Assembly (NCBI RefSeq): GCF_041146345.1
Contig: NW_027191408.1
Span: forward strand, 434,001 to 498,000
Direction: 5' to 3'
Source: Neodothiora populina
Lineage: Eukaryota
DNA: 64,000 bases
Shown here piece by piece: positions 1-12,710 of the stretch; position 1 is the first letter of the stretch; every line of letters begins with the position of its first letter. The notes under the pieces were generated by a model. That model made no database searches. It was not told the origin of the DNA and was given only the letters and a program-made list of their open reading frames with translations. Position numbers and translations under genes: made by a program.

Positions 1-373
1 GAGATCAAGCGATCCATTCTCCAGAGCTCCGGCAATGATGCCTCGTGAGTGTCCTTCTGTCGCTTGGTTCCATGCAATGTCGTAAAATCTGTGAGAGGTG
101 CACGCGGCGTCAGTAAAGCTGTTTCTTTTGTCTCTGTTGGAGGATTAGCTTGGCCACAACCGACCTTGAATCCGTAGCGATGGCTCCCACAGGCTGCAAC
201 TCGGCGTCTTTTTCTACACCATCGAGTCCCAGATCCCAGAGCTCGAGGGTGGTGTCATTGGAGAAGTCTGCATCGACAGCTCCAGCTTTGGTGCCGGTAG
301 CGATCAGAGGCGCCGCCGAACCAGGCGACCAGGCAAAGGCGGCGGTGCGAGGGATTTCCCGTAATCTGACCAT
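1..373 (-). CDS. SEC31: COPII coat subunit Sec31, 5' part (truncated by window edge); exons 373-165 and 88-<1
   Basis: N-terminus [18 protein letters not shown]...[26 protein letters not shown] is typical of fungal Sec31 WD40 region; GT-AG intron 164-89 with CTGAC branch site. Confidence 0.93.
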
Positions 374-893
374 TCTGTTCAAGTGACAATCAGGAGGCCA
401 GACTCATCAAGGAAAAGGGGGAACAATTGATGTCGCCTCGTGTGCCTGATTCTCTATGAGGGAAGTTGGAAAGGAGGTGGGGGGGGGGAAAAGAGATATA
501 CAGTAGTAGCAGGCACACTGTACTGTAGCTGTGTAAGAATGGTCCCACAGAGAAAGAGCACTGGTGCACTTTGACCCTGATTTGTGACTGTACACTCCAG
601 AGCTACACTTTATAAAGAAAAGCAATAATGCAATAAAACACCACAGTATCCAGAAGGTAGTAAGGGAGTATTATCACAGCAGTAGGAAGGTACCTGACTG
701 TACTCCATCAACCAAAACGTCACAAAAGCGCCAGCTGTTCCACTTCTGGCCACAAACATCCGGGGAAAAGAGCAAGAACGGGTCTTGGCATTCATACAAA
801 CCATACAACCATCAATTACGTCCCTAGGTAAAGTATTCATTTGATATAAAGTAGTCATACAAGAAACGACGACAACGACAAAGCAGGGATCAA

Positions 894-1415
894 ATGTCCG
901 ACTCGGTCCGCGCAAAAGCGACCCTCTACGTCGGAGGACTAGCGACCCATGTGACCTCAGTGACGCTGCACGAAGCCTTTATTCCCTTCGGGCCCATAAT
1001 CGACATTTCACTGCCCGCGCCCGACCTGCCCTCCAACACCGACCCGCACAGAGGGTTTGGATATGTCGAGTTCGAGAGCGCCGAGGACGCCAAGGAGGCC
1101 ATCGACAACATGGACCAGAGCGAGCTGTTTGGCCGGGTCATCAAGGTGAACCAGGCCAAGGAGCGCAAAGCCGAGGGCGAAGGGTTGGGGAGCAAGACGG
1201 CCATCTGGGAGCAGGTAGGAAAACACCGGTTGCACCATTGAAGCAAAGACTAATCGCAATTCGTCTCACAGGAGGGCTATCTCAACAAATACGCAGTCAG
1301 CGACGAAGACAGACTCGCTGCCGGCGGCGCAGATGCAGAGCAGAAGGACGATCAACCCATGGATCCCATGCAAGGTCTCGAAGGACTCGATGTTGCCGGG
1401 CCCAGACTGGCGTAG
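894..1415 (+). CDS. RRM-only cyclophilin-E (PPIE/Cyp33)-like RNA-binding protein; exons 894-1214, 1272-1415
   Basis: RNP2 LYVGGL, RNP1 RGFGYVEF, and AIDNMDQSELFGRVIKVN as in the PPIE RRM; intron 1215-1271; exon 2 EGYLNKYAV...GPRLA*; no PPIase domain. Confidence 0.85.
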
Positions 1416-1566
1416 CAGCTTCTCTTCTGCTTCCTGTCCCACTCGCTCTCGGTGTATTTCTGTTTTCTACCTTTTTGCTTTTTGCTGCTTGTTTTTCTTC
1501 ACGCGAACAAGCTAGCCCCCCTCACATTGATTAGCGCGGCGTTGACGGCGTTGGACGGGAAAGAGG

Positions 1567-1592
<26 letters not shown>
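1567..1592. repeat. (GA)n microsatellite between convergent 3' ends
   Basis: About 13 consecutive GA units read directly. Confidence 0.9.
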
Positions 1593-1599
<7 letters not shown>

Positions 1600-1868
1600 C
1601 ATGTTGTGTGTACATATATGTGTGTGGTCATTTCACGGAAAAGCTCTGGGTCCAAGGAGACTCAAAAAGGATGGCGACATCGGAGAATATGCATTCGATG
1701 CCAAATGCATTCGTGGTATGAATAAACACACAAGGATCTTTGTCCCAATCTGCCCCAGTTCTGCTGCTAGCTCCTGCCGCTTCTACCATGCGTACATGCG
1801 ACGCGACCCGCTGCTGCTTCTTGTCGCCATGCTCCGCCAACATCCGCACCTCTTCCGCCTCTTCTTGT

Positions 1869-2663
1869 CTAGTGAGCCTTGGTGTCCTCGGGGGAGCTGG
1901 CCTGGTTGTGGCCTCTGGACCTGTACAGGCGGAGGGTGCCGTCGGTGTAGAGCTTGCGAGTCAAGGAGAAGACGGCGAAGCCAACGGCGATGCTGGGAAA
2001 AGAGTAAAGAGTCAGTCGGAGGAAAGGATAAAATTCCAAGAGGTCGGAGGGGCTCACAAGAGGACGACACCTGTAAGAATAAGATTAGCCAGATGATCGT
2101 CGTTGACATGGAAGTCTTGAAATTTTGTGACTTACCGAGAGGGATCAACTCTGGGGGGATCTTCTTGAGGGTTCGGAGACGCTGCGAGATGGTGTGTGCT
2201 GCAGGAGAGAGAATATGTAAACAACCGAGACATGTGTTTGCAAGATCAACATGGCCAGAGGGCTTCGACCATTGTGTCGTATGTATGTAACATATATTCG
2301 AAGCTCACGGCTGATACGGATGCTGATTTCTGATAACGGCAAGGACATGCTTACCACTGTGTTCCTCCTTCTGTAGAGACCAAGATGTAAAACAAAGACG
2401 TCAGCCAATCTGTCCAATCTGTTCTATGCCAGTCCGCCTGCTGCTATTCTTCCAATGCAGTCTATTTCTGCAGCAACGACACGCCTGTGGCCGACTGGAA
2501 CCCCTGGACTTACGGGCATTGGCGATCTGCGAACGGGAGAGGCCTGGAGTCTGATTCCGCGGGTCTGGGTGAAGAGCTTGGAGCCGGAACGAGCAGCGCT
2601 GGCCTTGGGAGCCTGAGCGCGCAGCATCGAGGCCGACACCTGGAGGGCGCGAGAGGAGAACAT
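1869..2663 (-). CDS. NDUFA4/MLRQ (B12D-family) mitochondrial respiratory subunit; exons 2663-2514, 2370-2355, 2198-2136, 2070-2058, 1992-1869
   Basis: Spliced product MFSSRALQ...RRSPMP-KEEHS-AHTISQRLRTLKKIPPELIPL-GVVL-FIAVGFAVFSLTRKLYTDGTLRL...; PELIPL plus single TM helix; all four introns GT-AG and frame consistent. Confidence 0.82.
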
Positions 2664-3198
2664 GTTGGTAATTGCAATTGATTGATGTGGCGCAGACACC
2701 TGGCGTGACGGTATCTGGTGAAATCAAAACAAATGGACGGCTAAAGGGAAGATCAAGGATCAAGAGGCAGGACCGGGACGAGAGAGGACCTGATGTTCCA
2801 CAGTTCGCATCGGGAAGGAACCTCCAGAGCTTCCGTGCAGCGGCTGTGGGTTGGGGCCAATCACAGAGAGCGAAAGCAATGCCAAGTGCTCATCGTCATG
2901 CACAGATGGGAAAACCCTCCGAGAACTTGGAGTAGTCGCTGGTGCCTGAGGCTGCCGGGGCGTACCATGGATTACCGCTGCTGTACCAGCAATTGCTCAG
3001 ACGGATGCCTGAGCGATTGGCAGCTGCAGGTGCGTTGCAGGATCACGGATTACACGACTGACAGGGCAGGAACCGGCCGACTTCTTCTCTACCTCGACTG
3101 ATCCACCACCACTGCTGCTGCTGTACTGCTACACCACAATCGTCCCCAAACCCAATTACTCCCAACCAACATATCACCCCCCGGCAAATACCGCAAAA
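2664..3198. promoter_or_regulatory. Divergent promoter shared by the NDUFA4-like gene and COX12, with two CCAAT boxes
   Basis: CCAAT at 2857-2861 (+) and ATTGG at 3016-3020 between head-to-head start codons. Confidence 0.55.
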
Positions 3199-3995
3199 AT
3201 GGCCGACGATGAGGACAGAGTCACCATGCCCTTCAAGTTCGTGACTGGTGAGTTTGCCCATTCCATTGCGTCTCCATTGCCGCCCTTTGGCCCGTACCTG
3301 CCCGGTGGAGCACCAATTGCGCGACACTGCATGTACCTTGTGGTCGCAGTTGATTTTATAATTGATCTTTACTGACTTTATTCCTTGCGCAGCCGGTATG
3401 TGAATCTTCTCTTGATGCTTTAGTTTCTCCTGCACCTCCGCCGCCGCCGCTGCAGGACAACGCGCTCCGTCTGTCTTTGGCACCCGCCACTGCGTCGAAC
3501 CTCTCCAGAGCTGCGAAAGTCCCGAGCCGGAATCCATCCTCACCTGATCTCTTCGTCGAAATCCTCCGTGGCTACACACAGCCTGTCCGCCCGCCAACTC
3601 CCCTCTACCCTTGCGAATCGACAAAGAAACAAAGAAGCGAAATAGGTCCAGATATCTAATTGTTGCTCTATTCATCACACAGGTTTCGACGCCCGCTTCC
3701 CGAACCAGAACCAGACCAAGCACTGCTGGCAGAACTACGTTGACTACCAAAAGTGCGTCTTGGCCAAGGGCGAGGACTTCAAGCCCTGCCGCCAGTTCCT
3801 GCTCGCCTACAGGTCGCTGTGCCCCAGTGGATGGGTCGAGAGATGGGATGATCAGCGCGGTATGTCTTTCTTTCTTTCTTTCTTTCTTTCTTTGTTTCTT
3901 CTCTCCGTCCCTTTATGCGTTCCCTGGAGATTTTTATAGCTAATGGATAATCAAAAACAGAGAACGGCACTTTCCCCGCCCGATTGGACCAGTAG
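3199..3995 (+). CDS. COX12: Cytochrome c oxidase subunit 6B; exons 3199-3247, 3393-3395 (putative 3-nt microexon), 3683-3859, 3961-3995
   Basis: FDARFPNQNQTKHCWQNYVDYQKC...C...YRSLCPSGWVERWDDQRENGTFP with the four conserved cysteines. Confidence 0.95.
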
Positions 3996-4428
3996 AAGTG
4001 TACATTGGTAGAGAAAGACATCCAGATTCTACAAGTACCGTAGTTGTTGAAAACTTATTCTTCGACCTGAATTGGTCCCCCCTCCGTCCGCTTCCCCCAT
4101 TCATCTCCTTTCCTCGGATACATAGTTTCCTCTGGGTTCATGCATCGTAATTGTCCTCATCTCCATGTGTATCTTGCGGACTATGTAGGGTTTGCCTCGA
4201 GTTCACCACGGCACCCTCGCTCCTTGTCCAAACTTGAACAACTTGTAGATGTTATCATGACCGCTCTCGTCTTACTTCATTGCAAGTCCCAGCATCAAGG
4301 TATCACATCACATGCGAAGGAGAAGATAACAATATACATCACGTGCCCCAGAAGGCCATAAGAGACGAAAAGAAAAAGAAAGATAGGTGAATTCGCGCCA
4401 TGTCAGAGATTACAACCAAGAAAGAAGA

Positions 4429-6245
4429 TCACGCTTTATACAAGCAATCCAAGAACCCCGTAGCGAGCTCCACAACGATACTCTTATCGGGCAACGAGCC
4501 CGCAACACCGTACAGCGCCGCGGCATCGCCCTTCTTGGCTCCCTTTGCGCCTTTACCCGCCGCGACCCTCTGCATCTCCCTTTCCCTCTCTTCGCGCACC
4601 ACGGCCTCGAGATCAGCGAGCAAGTCGTCCGCGGCGGCGACGATGGGCAGCGTCACAGCGACGTGGATAGCAGGCGGGTTCTGCAGCGCGTTGAGATGCC
4701 AGCCGCGGGCGCTCATGGCGTCTGCGACGTCGTAGATGTCCAGCGAGTCGCTGGTGAAGGCGACGACGCTGACGAGGGGTTTGCCGATGATTTTGAGCTC
4801 GTTGGAGAGTACGTCGGTGCTGCGGATGTGGTCCGCGATGCGCTTTGCGGCGCCGACGATCTTGTGGCACGAGTCGATGTAGCCGCTTTCGCCCACCGTC
4901 ATCATGCTTGCCCAGCAGCCTGCGATGAGAGCGCCCGGGCGCGACCCCGCCATGTTCGGTGAGGCGTACACGCCGCCGGACCAGTCTGGAGAGACGAAGT
5001 ATTGGTATTTGCGCAGAGTGGAATCGCGGTAGAGCACGGTGCTGTTGCCTTTGGGCGCGAAGCCGTATTTGTGTGTGTCGCATGAGATCGAGGTCACGCC
5101 TTTGACTCTGAAGTCGAAGGGTTCGCTTTCGTAGCCGGCTCGCTCGAGGAAGGGCACAAGGAAGGAGCCGAGGCAGCAGTCTACGTGTAAACAGATGTTG
5201 CGTCGCGAGGCGAGACGGCCGAGGGCGGTGATGTCGTCGATGATCCCGTGAGGGAAGTTGGGTGCGCTGCCGACGAGGAGGACGGTGTTGCTGTTGATCA
5301 GGCGCGAGACATGCGAAAGTGAGACCTTGTAGCTTGGTGCTGGGCAGGGAACGAGGTGGACGCGGATCTTGAAGTATTCTGCCGCTTTACGGAACGCAGT
5401 ATGAGCGGTCTCTGGGAGGATCCTGTTGTATTTGTTGTCAGCAGATAGACCGATATGTCGATTCGTCACTTCTGCCACTCACATCTCCGGCTCGGTGACG
5501 CCTCGCTCGGCATACGCCCTCTGTCTCGCGCTCAAGACAGCCATGATGATACTCTCGGTTCCACCACTGGTAGTGACACCAGCGCCATCCTCGGGAGCAT
5601 TGAACAAAGCAAGCACCATAGCGACGACCTCGGCTTCCATTTTCCTGACAGCAGGAAAGACATCCGGATGAATGGGGTTGGCAACACCAAACTTGCCAAA
5701 AGCTTCCGTCTGCAGATCACACAACTCCTTGCCTCCATGATACACAGCTCCAGACACTCTTCCGTCTTCCCAGCGTGTGTGCTTCATATCGCCCAACTTC
5801 TGCAGCTCCGCCCTCGTCTGCTCGAGTCCCCATCCCGTGGTGGGCAGGGACGTGTATCTCGTGACTCCCGGACCTGATGGAACCAGCTTCTTGTCCAGAC
5901 CGGCCAGAGCGACGTCGATCTCCGCTTGCACTTTGCTCCTCACACCCGGCAGTCGCAGGAAGTAGCTGTACAGCTTGCGATGGATCGCTTTGTAGACATG
6001 TTTGATGGTTCCGGTGGGGCCAAAGCCGTAGAGATAGTAGAGGGCGAACCGGGACCAGCGGACGATGAAGAGAATGAACAAGATGTTGCGCAGACTGTCG
6101 CAAGGGCCATCATGGATCAGTCCCTCTGTTCCTTGTGCTCTAGATTTTGTGCATATGATACTTACACATCAACACTTGTGCGAGCGACCTGTCGGCGTGC
6201 TGCTGGGCTGCTGACGTCTATGGATAGTCTGCTTCGCGCCAACAT
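4429..6245 (-). CDS. DPL1: Sphingosine-1-phosphate lyase (PLP-dependent); exons 6245-6166, 6094-5483, 5422-4429
   Basis: GRVSGAVYHGG, TSGGTESI, HVDCCLG, SISCDTHKYGFAPKG PLP-lysine motif; N-terminal TM segment. Confidence 0.95.
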
Positions 6246-7284
6246 GATGGCTTTTCCTTTATTTATTCGAATACTCTAGATATGTTCAAAGTGTCTCACC
6301 GAGTCATGACACAGAAGCAATGTGTTCACCCTTTCACAGTAAAATAAAGATATTCTGTCCGTGGTGATAACTAAGGTATATGCAGGCAACTCGTATCATG
6401 TGAGGCAGAGAGGCGTAAACTCCACGGGGAAACTGCGTCTCTAAACTCCGTCTCGACACGTGGGCCGGCGTGAGCAGCACAATGGGAATCTACGTCCTCC
6501 CTGAAACCTCGAATACACTCGACATACAATATCCTCGCACGAGCATCATAAGTAGATTTGTCTTTCCATTCAATCAATATCTAGTCTTCTTCATAACTCA
6601 TTTGAATGACGAGGTGCATCCAAAACAGAGTACAAAGACAAGACAAGCCTAAGGTATCCCAATCGATGGCAGATGCTGCACGGAGCAGCGCTGGCATCTC
6701 TTCATCCTCCCTTTGTCGTACACCATGCCTAGACCCAACATCACCGTCGTCACCCCCGTCCGTCTAGAGAAGAAACATGACAGCTCTCGGTTCCTCAATG
6801 CGTAAAAGAAAAATAAATAACAGGTTAAGTCGAAAGAAGAAAAAACGAACATGATATAAAGCATATTACATCCTGATAATGCAGCAGCCGCGAAGTTGCT
6901 AAAAGCCAGAAAGTGCGCCAAATCGACACTGAAAAACAAAAGGTAAGCGACGATGCGCCAAAGTCCCGTAATAATAAAGCGTCGGAACGGTCAGCCGAAT
7001 ATTCGTAGATGGCGCGGAGCATCTTTGTTTCTAGCGCTCATCGTCGGTGTTTCGGGAATCATCTTTTTTTTCGGTTTTCTGATCAAGTGGTCATGTTGAT
7101 GCCATGAAGTGTACAAATGTCAGACGGAATGACCACTTCGTCAGTGATGAATGCATGCTGCGACTCAATACTATGCAATCTCCCCCGTCACACTGATCGA
7201 GCTCAGTTGACAGTAGGAGCCCCAAAACGCCGAGTACACCAGATATTGCACTAGATATTCCATTTCTGCATTGTCGAAATCCGA

Positions 7285-9520
7285 TCATGAGCCCTTGTAG
7301 GCGCTGCTCTTGCACGAGTCAAGGAATGCGTTCTTCGGCCATTCGTAGCCTGCGTCCTCCCTGTGGCTGTGTCAGTAATAGTTTCTCGCGCTGAAAAGAG
7401 CTCTGCGAATTCTTACCAGGAAGTCATGTTGAAATTCTCGTAAGCTGCGGGATGCTTGGCGATATAGTCGGTTGTAGGGTAGCCCACAGGATCGCAAGTC
7501 ATCTCGCCAGTGCTATCCTGGTAGATTCTGATATAATCAAACCTCATCGTGGCAGGCATGTGCTCTCCAAGACCAGTCCAATTGAGCATGGCGAAACTGT
7601 TCGAGAGACCGAAGTTGGCAATGATCGACATGGGTTCCTCAGGGATGACTCGCTGGCCTATATTTCCATTCGGCCCGATTGCTTTGCCTGAGAGCTTCCA
7701 AGTCGGTGTGTCTCCGATGAACCATGAAATGTACCCATCCGCACCAGGCTCATACTCGAACGCGTAGGTCTGATACGCCCTTCCGTCATACCAGTTGTTG
7801 TTTAGGTTTGTCAAGGAAGACAGCGCCTGTTGGTAAACACCACCCTGATAACTGTTCATCATGGTGATGGACTGGTCGTACACTTCGATAAACTCTGTGT
7901 CAGGTCGGTAGAACACATCGAATGGCGCAACCTGGAAACTTTGCGAAGCTTGTCCGATAGCAGCACCGATAGGCGGGTCGAGGTATCCAACACTGGCTTC
8001 CAGAGCATCGATCTCTGCAACATATCGAGACTTTCCAGGACTCGGGTGTGATTCGCCGTCACAAGTACATGCCGGGAGTCTCATACCAGGGAGACCATTC
8101 ACTCCACTGGGATCACTTTGGTTAGGGGTAATACCTGCATCGCAAATATCGGAGTAACTGTAAGGCCAGGTTCCGTCCGTGGTCGAGGCGTAACCAGGTC
8201 TGCCGAGATTGCCCATGGTCCAGAAACCGGGCCAGAAACCAATTGTGTCACCAGCACCCGGGAGAGAAATGCTCGCCTCGATGTAGCCTCCCTTGAAGCA
8301 GAGCTTGTTCCAGGATTGCAACATACCAGACCGGTAGTTGAGGTTGTGGTTCTGGAACGCGTCGAAGTGGAGGTTAAGGGTTCCATTGGAGGTCGAGATG
8401 GCGTCTGGATCATACCATTCCAAATCTTGAGTCACACCATACCAGAGATCCGCACCCTGGAAGTATGGGTCGTCGCCGTCGAAGAAGGTGCGACCGTCGT
8501 CCTCAAATTCGTCGGAGAACTGGAGTACAGCATCAGTATACGGCGGACAGCGAATGATAGAAGAAAGACATCAGCGATCATGGGCACCAAACATACCACA
8601 AGGTTCATGGTTTTACCATCGACCGACTTGCGTGTCATGGCAGATTTTGGTGTAGCAGGATCTACCAGGCCAGTTCTGACATTCTTCAAAAGGGCGACAC
8701 CACTCTTGATGCAATTCGGATCTGAGGTACACTCATCGAAGTGGGGCTCGGTATACCGCCTCACATAAGTACTGCGAACACATGTTAGCGCTGATCTCTG
8801 TCAAATCGGAGGACGAATCGCTTACAGAATGGGATATCCGATGAAGAGGAAGCATATGCCGAGTGTGATGAGGATAAGACCACCCAGATTCACTATACCA
8901 CGTTTCGAGAAGAGCTCGGCGCAAGTTATACGTGGGATCTTGTCGTTGGGATCGGGGTTGTGTAGGTAATCGTCTTTCTCGACGTCCTCTGGGAATAATA
9001 AGAGTCCTGCAGAGGGCAGGATGTTGTATTTTTCAGATACGGTCTGAGTGTTGACGCCGTCATCGTCACTACCGGCACGCGACGGCGCTCTTGAGTCATC
9101 AAATGGTGAAGCGAAAGGACCCAGCCGACTATCTCTGCTTCCCGCCGACTCGGAGCTCCAACTGGTGCGTCGTGAGTTGTACCCACTGGCACTCGGAGAG
9201 CGCATGGGTGACTCGTCATCGTCACGGAATCTTCGACTCCTTGTTGATCGAGGTGGGAGGAGGAGCTCAGCGGACTCGGCAGGAGTCTGACCTGTGTATA
9301 GGCTGTTCTGCGAGGCCTGTTGCCGTAATGATGGTGTGGTGGCACCGGTCTGTGGAGGGATGAGAGAGCGCGACGAGGGCTGTCTCGCCACCGCTTCTTG
9401 AGGCAGGATAGGCGATGAGTTGTCGCTCATGTTGACGTAGTCGCCGCTTTCTGAATTGAGACGGATGTGAGGGGGATGTTGGTTGTCATTGGGCGGCGAT
9501 GAACCCGGTGGAAAAGACAT
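7285..9520 (-). CDS. KRE6: Beta-1,6-glucan synthesis-associated GH16 protein (KRE6/SKN1 family), 4 exons
   Basis: EKDDYLHNPDP, TM ending GYPIL, LVFSDEF, DLEWYDPD, YRSGMLQSWNKLCF, EIDALE; last exon 7370-7285. Confidence 0.93.
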
Positions 9521-12500
9521 ACTGTGTGTGTGGAAAGTGTGATGGAAGACTTGATGAGGTTGTCTTGCTACCTACTGCGGAAGGCAGAGGTTGAGTGAAC
9601 GGTAGACCGGGACGACGATCTACAATTGCCGTAACGACAGAAGGTCAAGACAATAACAAAACTTCAGGCGTGGCCTGCTCGCAGGGGGGCCGGAATGCCG
9701 AAGAGATCGGACTAATGCTTTGTTGTGCGAGTCACAAGGAGAGAGGCCAGCCCTCAGCTTGCGCGAACGAGAGGCGTAGGGTATGCGACAGGGATTGATT
9801 GTTCAGAAAGAGCGAACACGCAAACAAGTCCAAGTGAGTATGATTTTTTGGGGAACACAGGAAGAAGACAGGAGATGACAGAAGCAGTAGTGTTTGGGGT
9901 TGTGTGAGAGTGCGTGTGTACAGTAAGATGAAACTCCGTCAAATGGCCTTATGCCTGGGCATACGCAAACAAGGCCGGATCGTAAAAGGCGTGTACTGTA
10001 TTTGCGCCTCTTTCTATTCACTGCGACAGGGAGGCTGATTGGGGCTAGAGATGCAAGCACTCGCGTTGACCAATGGATGCGACGAGACCAAACCAGTAGT
10101 GGGTCTCACGGCCGACGACGGGGGCCGTGCAATGCGACCGCTTGTTGGAGCCGATCTTACACTTGAACAATGCTGGCAATCACCGGGGTACCTGAGGAGA
10201 GAGGGTGCTGAGCGCTGTGAAACAATTACACCTTGCAGATCTACACCGTTTATTGATTGGGATGATGACGATAAAATGCTGCGCGAAAGAGAGGGAAAGA
10301 GTCAGAGTGCGAGAAAGCGCTTCGTCGCAGCGGGGGGACGAGTAACGGTAAAAAAGATTACTTCACCGCGAGACGCATCACCGGAGAGACATGGAAAAGA
10401 CAGTACTGAGAGCGTGTCCTCTTTTTTTTTGCCACTTTGCCGCTTGTGCTCTCGTTGCGACGCTGAAGTGGTGGGAGTTACGCAGCTAGACCCATTTCGC
10501 CTCCAAGCAGCAACGAGGTCAACCAAACATAGCTCAATATGTGACGCCGCGACTCTTGGCTTAGTTGCTTCGAACCAGTACATCCATGATTGTTTCCCCC
10601 ATTACGGACCTTGTTTTCGCTTGCAGTACCGGCAGCGCCCCTGAACCTGTCAAAGCCAATTTATTTCCAATAAGATCTGAGCTACTTATCGAATGTACCC
10701 TTTGAGAAGGTACGTCGAGAGGGGCTTGACCTACTCGCTAGATGCACCATGTCCTATCATGAAACCGCGGCCGAGTCGTGGAAACAAAATTGCCCTTCGT
10801 GGGCCTTCGTGGGCATGTTCGGTGTTGCTGACGACCGATCTCTTACCTGCTTCCTCACATTCGGATCCTATTATTTTTTGAAATGGTCCGTGATTGCCGT
10901 TGCGGAGTTGGTTATGACCAATGCGATGGTGCAAGGGCTAGCAATGCCCTGCACTTACGTACGCGTACTGGTGCAGATCCCATATCGCGGAAACCGTCGT
11001 GGTTGGCAAGCAACATGTAAGGTACTATTTTCGTGCGTGTAGGTGTGCAGATACCCTTGACGCTATCATTCTTACATGATTGTCTATAAGCATGTGTCTA
11101 TACATATATGTATGCTGCTGGTGCTGCAGGTTTTCATCCGCAACGGAAGAATCTTTTCGCATTCCTCCAAAGCAAATCTCCACGTCTTCTCCATTGGATC
11201 GCCTGACTCCATTTGAGAACGGGCACTTTGCGGCTTGCACGTTCGCGTGCTCTATCTGAAGATTTCATCAACTTGTATTAGTGACCTTTTATCGATACGA
11301 ACGGAAGTTCCTTGAAATTATGCAGGTTCCACTCTCGGTTCGTGCCACCTCATTACAGTACAAGTCAGACGAAAGCTTTAGCGATGGCATTCGCAAGTCA
11401 TGGATTGGGATCACCCGACTGTCTACATCAGACGAATCAATGCTCCTGGCTCATACGCGTCTTGCTCGTATTTTGTCCGTTTTCTATGATGTCGCATTCG
11501 ACACGAAATCCTACCTCAAAGACGCATCCGTGTCTCAAACAGTCGAGTGTGCGGGTTCGCACCATATATGAGAACAAGACACCGCACAAATGATTTGTTG
11601 TAGACCGAGCCTGAATAGTGTGCTTCGAGAGTACCTTACCTTGACCTACGGTAGGCATGAACTCTAAGACTGGACCGAGTCCACGAATCGTTCTACATTC
11701 TTATGCGACCTTGATCGCATGCAAAAGGGAGAGCCTCCTAAATCGGTCTGCAAGAGCCTCGCCATCCCCTGACATTTTGATGAACACTGTGATCTCAAAC
11801 ATGATCAACTTTCTCTCCGGACGGAGGATGATAGACAATGAGATCTCGAACATATAAGGGGTGCCAAGTATCGCCTTTTCTGCGACCTTTTTCCGACTTG
11901 TGGGACTTGTGGATGTCCGTCGCATCAACCCTAACACGGAGAGCAAAGCTGACAATAAGACAACATGAGTCTCTGAAATGTCTAGAGATTGGTCAAGTAT
12001 TCTGGTAGGATGTCTCCTAACCACCTTTACCGTGTATTCTTCTTTCCCACACCAATTGTTCTGCGCGCTGTGTCTATCAAATCCCACCTGTCCGACTGTT
12101 TCCTACTCTTTGCCGCCGCTGCCGCCCCCTGTCTGAGGCAAGCATTATTGAAGGCAGCAGCGATCGCGGGTTTTTGTCACACTGCTTCTTCCGCGGTTCT
12201 CGAAAAAGTAGAACAGACACTCCAGAAACATAATGCAATTGTGTGAGCGTAGCCTAACGACTTGACCTACGGATGATACAGGGTATGGCAGAACACAGGG
12301 ACGAGATTATGTTTTACGGCATTGACCTGTACATGAATGCTCGACGCTCTTGTATATCTACTCTTCAAGTCTTCAGGTCCTATACATTAGATTCACTACT
12401 ATGTTCTTAGAGATGGCGCGATTGTCCAGTTTAATGCTGCATTGGCTCGAAGACGACGACTGCAATCACAGGTACTGTGGAGCGTAATTGGACTCATAGG

Positions 12501-12710
12501 TCTCTCATAGCAAGGCAACTTCCGCGGCACCACCGAATCATCAACACTTTTCTCTTGTAGATATCGTACGACCAAAGTCAGACTTTTGGCTCTAAATTTA
12601 ACAGGTTGGACTTTGGCTAACATGGGTAGTTTTTGATAGAGTTGTCAAGCATCAATCACACCGTGGTGCGTACTATTGGCGCTACTGAGCAGGAAATCTA
12701 ATATACATGT

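Noticed and set aside
894..1415. Cyclophilin E lacking its PPIase domain as a truncation or pseudogene
   Set aside because: The ORF and splice sites are intact, and RRM-only homologs are, to my knowledge, normal in filamentous ascomycetes.
1601..3750. Long ORFs 1601-2290 (+) and 3043-3750 (-), and similar antisense ORFs elsewhere
   Set aside because: They are shadows of real spliced genes on the opposite strand in GC-rich sequence and have no domain signatures.
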